A stretch of DNA of 64,000 bases, taken from the sequence record MZ501108; one strand, given 5' to 3'. A program made the translations under genes and the position numbers. The DNA comes from Escherichia phage TrudiGerster. Under the pieces are notes generated by a model. The model had not been told where the DNA came from. It did no database searches and saw only the letters and a list, made by a program, of their open reading frames with translations. Below are positions 59,845 through 64,000 of this stretch, in pieces. Positions within the stretch are counted from its first letter, which is position 1; every line of letters starts with the position of its first letter.

Positions 59845-60695
59845 AACAATATATTGAAACAGGAAAACGTATTCTCGAAGAAGGTCAGTGGGTAACTAAT
59901 CCTAGAACAGGTGTACGTTGCCTCACTATTATTGATGCAGATTTCACTTTTAATGTGGGGGCTAATGAATTTCCTCTTATTACTACTCGTAAGGCATTTG
60001 CAAAACAAGCAATAATGGAAATGATTGGCTATCTACGTGGTTATGACTCCGCAGCACAATTCCGCGATATCGGGGTTAATACGTGGAACGCTAATGCAAA
60101 TGAAAACCTTGCATGGTTGGATAATCCATATCGTAAAGGCGAGGATGATATGGGACGGGTCTATGGTGTTCAAGGACGTCATTGGACAAACTCTGATGGT
60201 CTTATGTTTGACCAATTATCCAAGATCTATCGTAACCTGAAAAGAGGGATTGATGATCGTGGGGAAATTCTAACTTTCTGGAATCCGGGGGAGTTCTCAA
60301 AGGGCTGCTTGCGTCCTTGTATGCACACCCATCAGTTCTCTATTCTAGGTGATACCTTATATCTGAATTCATTTCAGAGGTCTAATGACTTCCTGCTAGG
60401 CCAGGTATTTAACATGGTTCAATGCTACGCTTTGCTTGCAATCATGGCTCAAATCACTGGATATAAACCTGGGATCGCTCGCCAAAAGATCGTGAATCTT
60501 CACATCTATGAGAATCAGTATGAAGTTCTAATGGAACACAAACAGTTTGATCGTGAACCTTTTGAGCCGCCTCATCTGATTATTAATCCAGATATTCGAA
60601 CTTTGGATGATGTATTAACTTGGGTAAGTAAGGATGATTTTACTGTTCGTGGCTATGAACATCATCCTGCTATTGCATATCCATTTACGGTGTAA
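59841..60695 (+). CDS. thymidylate synthase-family enzyme
   Basis: 284 aa; TS-fold motifs ([19 protein letters not shown] with catalytic Cys, [14 protein letters not shown]). Confidence 0.75.
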   Translation: MKQYIETGKRILEEGQWVTNPRTGVRCLTIIDADFTFNVGANEFPLITTRKAFAKQAIMEMIGYLRGYDSAAQFRDIGVNTWNANANENLAWLDNPYRKGEDDMGRVYGVQGRHWTNSDGLMFDQLSKIYRNLKRGIDDRGEILTFWNPGEFSKGCLRPCMHTHQFSILGDTLYLNSFQRSNDFLLGQVFNMVQCYALLAIMAQITGYKPGIARQKIVNLHIYENQYEVLMEHKQFDREPFEPPHLIINPDIRTLDDVLTWVSKDDFTVRGYEHHPAIAYPFTV

Positions 60696-60698
60696 CAT

Positions 60699-61052
60699 AT
60701 GTTAATTATACTATTATTTGTAATATTCTTTCTAAAACATTTTATGGCCGATTATCCTCTCCAAACACCATATATGCTAAGAAAGACTCATAAAATAGGG
60801 TGGAAACTTCCATTATTAACCCATTCTCTAGTACATGCTGTATTAACATTTGCAATTCTAATTCTATTCACATCACTAGGGATGGCTATAGCTTTAGCTA
60901 TTATGGAATTAATTTTACACTTTATTATAGATTATTGGAAAGCACAACGCTGTAAGTACGCTATAAGCGATGCTAAGTTTTGGATAGCTTTAGGATTTGA
61001 TCAGTTACTGCACTATCTGACATACGCCTTAATAATCTTGATTATAATCTAA
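60699..61052 (+). CDS. hypothetical multi-pass membrane protein
   Basis: 117 aa with three hydrophobic segments. Confidence 0.45.
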   Translation: MLIILLFVIFFLKHFMADYPLQTPYMLRKTHKIGWKLPLLTHSLVHAVLTFAILILFTSLGMAIALAIMELILHFIIDYWKAQRCKYAISDAKFWIALGFDQLLHYLTYALIILIII

Positions 61053-61056
61053 CTCA

Positions 61057-61085
61057 AATAGCCCTTCGGGGCTATTATATTTAAA
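61057..61085 (+). terminator. rho-independent terminator
   Basis: hairpin atagccc-ttcg-gggctat followed by AT/T-rich run. Confidence 0.65.
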
Positions 61086-61091
61086 TTTCAT

Positions 61092-61120
61092 TTGCTTACT
61101 GAGTGAAATTCAAATATAAT
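61092..61120 (+). promoter_or_regulatory. early promoter (TCATTTGCT-type)
   Basis: TTGCTT - 17 nt - TATAAT preceded by TTCATT. Confidence 0.6.
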
Positions 61121-61144
61121 ATATTTTATAAATTGGAGACACCT

Positions 61145-61399
61145 ATGGGACTCTTTAAAAAGAAAGTTTATTTAACACAAAGTCAAGAACGCAGGTTCTT
61201 AACTCTGTCTCAGTATTATCACTTACCTTTCGATCATTTCGTAGAACGGGCGATAGAACAATTCCTAGAAAAGGAACTAAGGGCAATAAGACCCGAACCG
61301 CCAAGAGTACCCAATGATGCACAGAGAGGCCACCCACGTATTCCTCCTATGCCGCCAATTCCTCAGGCGACTAGGGTCATTGTAGAGGGCGAAAAATAA
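61145..61399 (+). CDS. putative ribbon-helix-helix-like small DNA-binding protein
   Basis: 84 aa from ATG after GGAGA; N-terminal KKVYLTQSQERRFLTLSQYYHLPFDHFVERAIEQFLEKE fits a strand-helix-helix pattern; Pro-rich basic C-terminus. Confidence 0.4.
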   Translation: MGLFKKKVYLTQSQERRFLTLSQYYHLPFDHFVERAIEQFLEKELRAIRPEPPRVPNDAQRGHPRIPPMPPIPQATRVIVEGEK

Positions 61400-61668
61400 T
61401 GTCTATTCTTTTATCTGCTTTAGAAGCAAAACAAAATACTATTGCTGTTATTAAACAGGAAGTAATTGACCTAGAATCACTTATTGCCGTAGAGATTGAT
61501 AAAGCAATCAAAGAAAAAGAATTTAACTGCCATATTCAGGGATTAACTGAATATTCAGAAAACGCCAGAAACAGCGTTATGCAACGACTTACTAAACTAG
61601 GCTATATCGTAGAGGCTAAGTATGAGCAGCGTGAAGGTTTTTGGCTTGAAATTGACTGGAGCAAATAA
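61399..61668 (+). CDS. hypothetical protein
   Basis: 89 aa; ATG overlaps upstream stop. Confidence 0.4.
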   Translation: MSILLSALEAKQNTIAVIKQEVIDLESLIAVEIDKAIKEKEFNCHIQGLTEYSENARNSVMQRLTKLGYIVEAKYEQREGFWLEIDWSK

Positions 61669-62144
61669 TGTCGGTTTTCCACATATATACAGATGGTGCA
61701 TGTAAAGGTAATCCTGGGTTAGGCGCTTGGGGTTTTGTAGTATATGATCCTACTGATGAACGTTTAGGTTCTAAATCCGGTTTTAATCCAAAAACCACAA
61801 ATAATGAGATGGAACTCACAGCTATTGTTGAAGTTCTACGTTGGGCTACTAAAAATGATAAGCGCCCAGCTATGATCTACACTGACTCTACATACTGTAA
61901 AAATGGCATGGAAAGCTGGGTTTTCTCCTGGCAGAAAAAAGGCTGGAAGAAAGCCGATGGAGAAGCCCCTCTTAACCTAGAGTTGTGGAAAGAAGCATTC
62001 TCATTACTACAAAAATACATAAACTTCCACGACACCACACCGACCTTCGTTAAAGTCAAGGGGCACTCAGGTGGTCCTAGAAATGACGAAGTAGACGCTC
62101 TATGTAATACAGTTATAACAGAGCAAGAGTTAGCTGAGATGTAA
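61668..62144 (+). CDS. rnh: ribonuclease H
   Basis: 158 aa; RNase HI motifs (IYTDGACKGNPGLGAWG, TNNEMEL, YTDS, HSGGPRNDEVD). Confidence 0.85.
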   Translation: MSVFHIYTDGACKGNPGLGAWGFVVYDPTDERLGSKSGFNPKTTNNEMELTAIVEVLRWATKNDKRPAMIYTDSTYCKNGMESWVFSWQKKGWKKADGEAPLNLELWKEAFSLLQKYINFHDTTPTFVKVKGHSGGPRNDEVDALCNTVITEQELAEM

Positions 62145-62164
62145 TAAATAAATTAAAAATTCAG

Positions 62165-62193
62165 TTGCTTAAAGCCCTCGATTTTAGTATAAT
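62165..62193 (+). promoter_or_regulatory. early promoter
   Basis: TTGCTT - 17 nt - TATAAT, then GAGGAGGG RBS; promoter flanked by inverted repeat aagccctc/gagggctt. Confidence 0.6.
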
Positions 62194-62220
62194 ATTCATA
62201 TTGAAAGTGAGGAGGGCTTT

Positions 62221-62499
62221 ATGCGAATTTATAACTCAAATTCATTAGGTTTCAAACCATTGAGAAAACGTGCACAATCTCCGCGTCAGATCAGAAAGGC
62301 TAATATCGGAGAACCAGAAACGCGTCTTCCGCCACCTCCTGAACAACGTTTAGTTTATCTAGACGAGGAATTGGCAGAACGTGAACGTAAAGCTCAAGAA
62401 GAAATTGAGCGTAAGAAGATGTGTACTGCTCCGGCATATAATAAAGGTGCATATCAATACGTTTCTGATGAAGAACAAGCTAAGATGGTCGGCAGATAA
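62221..62499 (+). CDS. hypothetical protein
   Basis: 92 aa charged protein with own promoter. Confidence 0.45.
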   Translation: MRIYNSNSLGFKPLRKRAQSPRQIRKANIGEPETRLPPPPEQRLVYLDEELAERERKAQEEIERKKMCTAPAYNKGAYQYVSDEEQAKMVGR

Positions 62500-62515
62500 T
62501 TTTTAAAAAATTCAT

Positions 62516-62544
62516 TTGCTAAACGCTTCAAAATCTCGTATAAT
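62516..62544 (+). promoter_or_regulatory. early promoter (TCATTTGCT-type)
   Basis: TTGCTA - 17 nt - TATAAT preceded by TTCATT, then AAGGAAA RBS. Confidence 0.6.
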
Positions 62545-62582
62545 ATACTTCATAAATTGATCAACAAAAAGGAAAATAAATA

Positions 62583-63098
62583 ATGGCTAAGCAGAAAAAC
62601 GCAAAAACTCAGGCAGCTCCAGCAGTTAAGACTTTCCCGCAGACCGAAGCTAATCGTAAGGCTCGTCTGGAACGTCATCTGCGTAAGCATCCTGAAGATG
62701 TTCAGGCTGCACAAGCTCTGGGTCGTCCGGCTCCTGTTCGTCAGAAACCGAAGGCTAAAAACTCAACCCGAGCTGTAGCTAAACAGGTTGTGTTCATCAA
62801 AGGTGAAGGCCACAAGTCTGTACCTGTAACCCTGGGCTTCAACGGTGGAGCTGAAATGTTCTCCCGTAAGGACATGTCCCCGAAAGAGTACGAAAAAGCA
62901 GTTAATCAGAAACGTAAGCCAATGGCCGACGTATTCCGTGAAACTCGCGGCCAGTTCGGCTCTGTTAAACCGAATATCTTCGGTGTAGAGTATAGCCGTG
63001 ACAACGTTCGCGCTCTGTGCTACGGCATTGGCATCAAGTTCACTGGTGCTTCTGATCGTAAATCCGCTAAACCGGCTCGTAAGCGTAAAGCGAAGTAA
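62583..63098 (+). CDS. highly basic, codon-optimised small protein of unknown function
   Basis: 171 aa, Lys/Arg-rich at both ends (C-terminal KSAKPARKRKAK), codon usage dominated by cgt/ctg/ccg/ggt; own promoter. Confidence 0.55.
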   Translation: MAKQKNAKTQAAPAVKTFPQTEANRKARLERHLRKHPEDVQAAQALGRPAPVRQKPKAKNSTRAVAKQVVFIKGEGHKSVPVTLGFNGGAEMFSRKDMSPKEYEKAVNQKRKPMADVFRETRGQFGSVKPNIFGVEYSRDNVRALCYGIGIKFTGASDRKSAKPARKRKAK

Positions 63099-63104
63099 TG
63101 ATTG

Positions 63105-63122
63105 ATGGGGCGAAAGCCCCAT
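63105..63122 (+). repeat. GNRA-tetraloop hairpin containing ggggcgaaagcccc (copy 1)
   Basis: stem ggggc/gcccc closed by GAAA loop; same 14-mer recurs at 63644-63657; no U-tract. Confidence 0.6.
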
Positions 63123-63156
63123 ATACTAACTCTCTTTCTAACTAAGGATATTTTTT

Positions 63157-63372
63157 ATGTTCTCTAAGAAACCACGTTCCGTTACTGAAATCGTTGCTTC
63201 CTTTACCACAATTACTGACGAACTTCAAGCTCGTATTGATGCTGATCAGAAAACCGCTGCTGAAATTCAGAAACAGCAGGAAGAACTTGCTCTGAAATTG
63301 GCTGAAACCAATAAGAGCGAAAAATCTGCTCAAACTATTAAGGAAAACATCCTTAAACTGCTGGGTAAGTAA
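63157..63372 (+). CDS. hypothetical coiled-coil protein
   Basis: 71 aa ORF. Confidence 0.4.
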   Translation: MFSKKPRSVTEIVASFTTITDELQARIDADQKTAAEIQKQQEELALKLAETNKSEKSAQTIKENILKLLGK

Positions 63373-63373
63373 T

Positions 63374-63634
63374 ATGAGACATAATAACTCACGTATTATG
63401 TCTGGTATGCTTCAACGACTATTTAACGATGGAGCGGTGAGGGCTTATCGGACAGACATTACCAATATTTGGAAACTAGAGTTTAGGTTATCAGATGATT
63501 CCGAAGCCATAAACAACCGTACCTTTACTTGGTATGAATTTGAAGATGAAGTTCAGCAGTTTAGCGAGGGTTACTTTGTAACACCTGGAGAAGCTCAGGC
63601 TGCCCTAGAGCACTACTGTAGGACTTATCTCTGA
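63374..63634 (+). CDS. hypothetical protein
   Basis: 86 aa ORF; ATG overlaps upstream stop. Confidence 0.4.
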   Translation: MRHNNSRIMSGMLQRLFNDGAVRAYRTDITNIWKLEFRLSDDSEAINNRTFTWYEFEDEVQQFSEGYFVTPGEAQAALEHYCRTYL

Positions 63635-63641
63635 TATACTA

Positions 63642-63659
63642 GGGGGCGAAAGCCCCTCT
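63642..63659 (+). repeat. GNRA-tetraloop hairpin containing ggggcgaaagcccc (copy 2)
   Basis: identical 14-mer core to 63107-63120. Confidence 0.6.
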
Positions 63660-63673
63660 CATTTGGAGAAACT

Positions 63674-63889
63674 ATGCGTAACTTCGTTGCAAAGAATGAT
63701 TTTAACCGTGCTAGCACTCATAAGTCTGCTAGAGATTATACTCGTCTTTCTAAACATGAGCTTCTAGAAGAAATCATGGAAGAAAACTGGGATGTTAATG
63801 AAAATGGAACAGACCTGTTTGAAGAAGAAGAAATTCCCTTGAAAGACCCCAAGCAGTGGGAGTCTAACAAAGAGACCACTCTTTGTTAG
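63674..63889 (+). CDS. hypothetical acidic protein
   Basis: 71 aa ORF. Confidence 0.4.
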   Translation: MRNFVAKNDFNRASTHKSARDYTRLSKHELLEEIMEENWDVNENGTDLFEEEEIPLKDPKQWESNKETTLC

Positions 63890-63913
63890 TTTTCTACACA
63901 ATAAGGATAAGTT

Positions 63914-64000
63914 ATGAAAGTAAAACCATTTGGTATGCTGGACATTGAATCCCTAGGGACTCCAGATAACTGTGGAACAACCCATATCGCAATGCCGTCT
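63914..64000 (+). CDS. partial ORF (3'-truncated by window edge)
   Basis: begins MKVKPFGMLDIESLG; the DIES segment is reminiscent of DEDD exonuclease motif I but too short to call. Confidence 0.25.
   Translation, partial: MKVKPFGMLDIESLGTPDNCGTTHIAMPS

Noticed and set aside
1-64000. Prophage or integrative element signatures (integrase, att sites, repressor-Cro switch)
   Set aside because: No tyrosine or serine recombinase motifs or lysogeny module found; gene content and synteny indicate a virulent T5-like phage

Overview
This 64 kb window reads as a contiguous piece of a virulent T5-like siphophage genome (Tequintavirus/Demerecviridae-type) with E. coli-like codon usage. No integrase, tRNA or CRISPR array was seen. 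All calls rest on reading the six-frame translations and the DNA by eye; no database search was run. Three blocks are visible: (1) 1-26164, plus strand, the late structural module (terminase, portal, decoration protein, protease, major capsid, connectors, tail tube, chaperones, tape measure, distal tail/baseplate proteins, and two tail-fibre genes that each end in an intramolecular-chaperone domain); (2) 26202-53730, minus strand, the early replication/recombination module (dUTPase, flap endonuclease, SbcCD-like pair, SSB-like protein, SF2 helicase, family A DNA polymerase, primase, DnaB-like helicase, split NAD-dependent ligase, initiator ATPase, Sir2-like and HAD-like enzymes, NrdD); (3) 54091-64000, plus strand, nucleotide metabolism (PhoH, NrdA, NrdB, DHFR, thymidylate synthase, RNase H) followed by small promoter-driven early genes. 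Three free-standing HNH endonuclease genes sit at typical homing sites. Many sigma70-consensus promoters and hairpin terminators are readable. No single element can be declared a novel system from sequence alone. The best candidates for follow-up are the Sir2/HAD/paralog operon, a highly basic codon-optimised small protein, a ~500 bp structured non-coding leader upstream of the initiator gene, a possible +1 frameshift joining the tail-chaperone ORFs, and an exactly repeated terminator-to-start-codon module in the late region.
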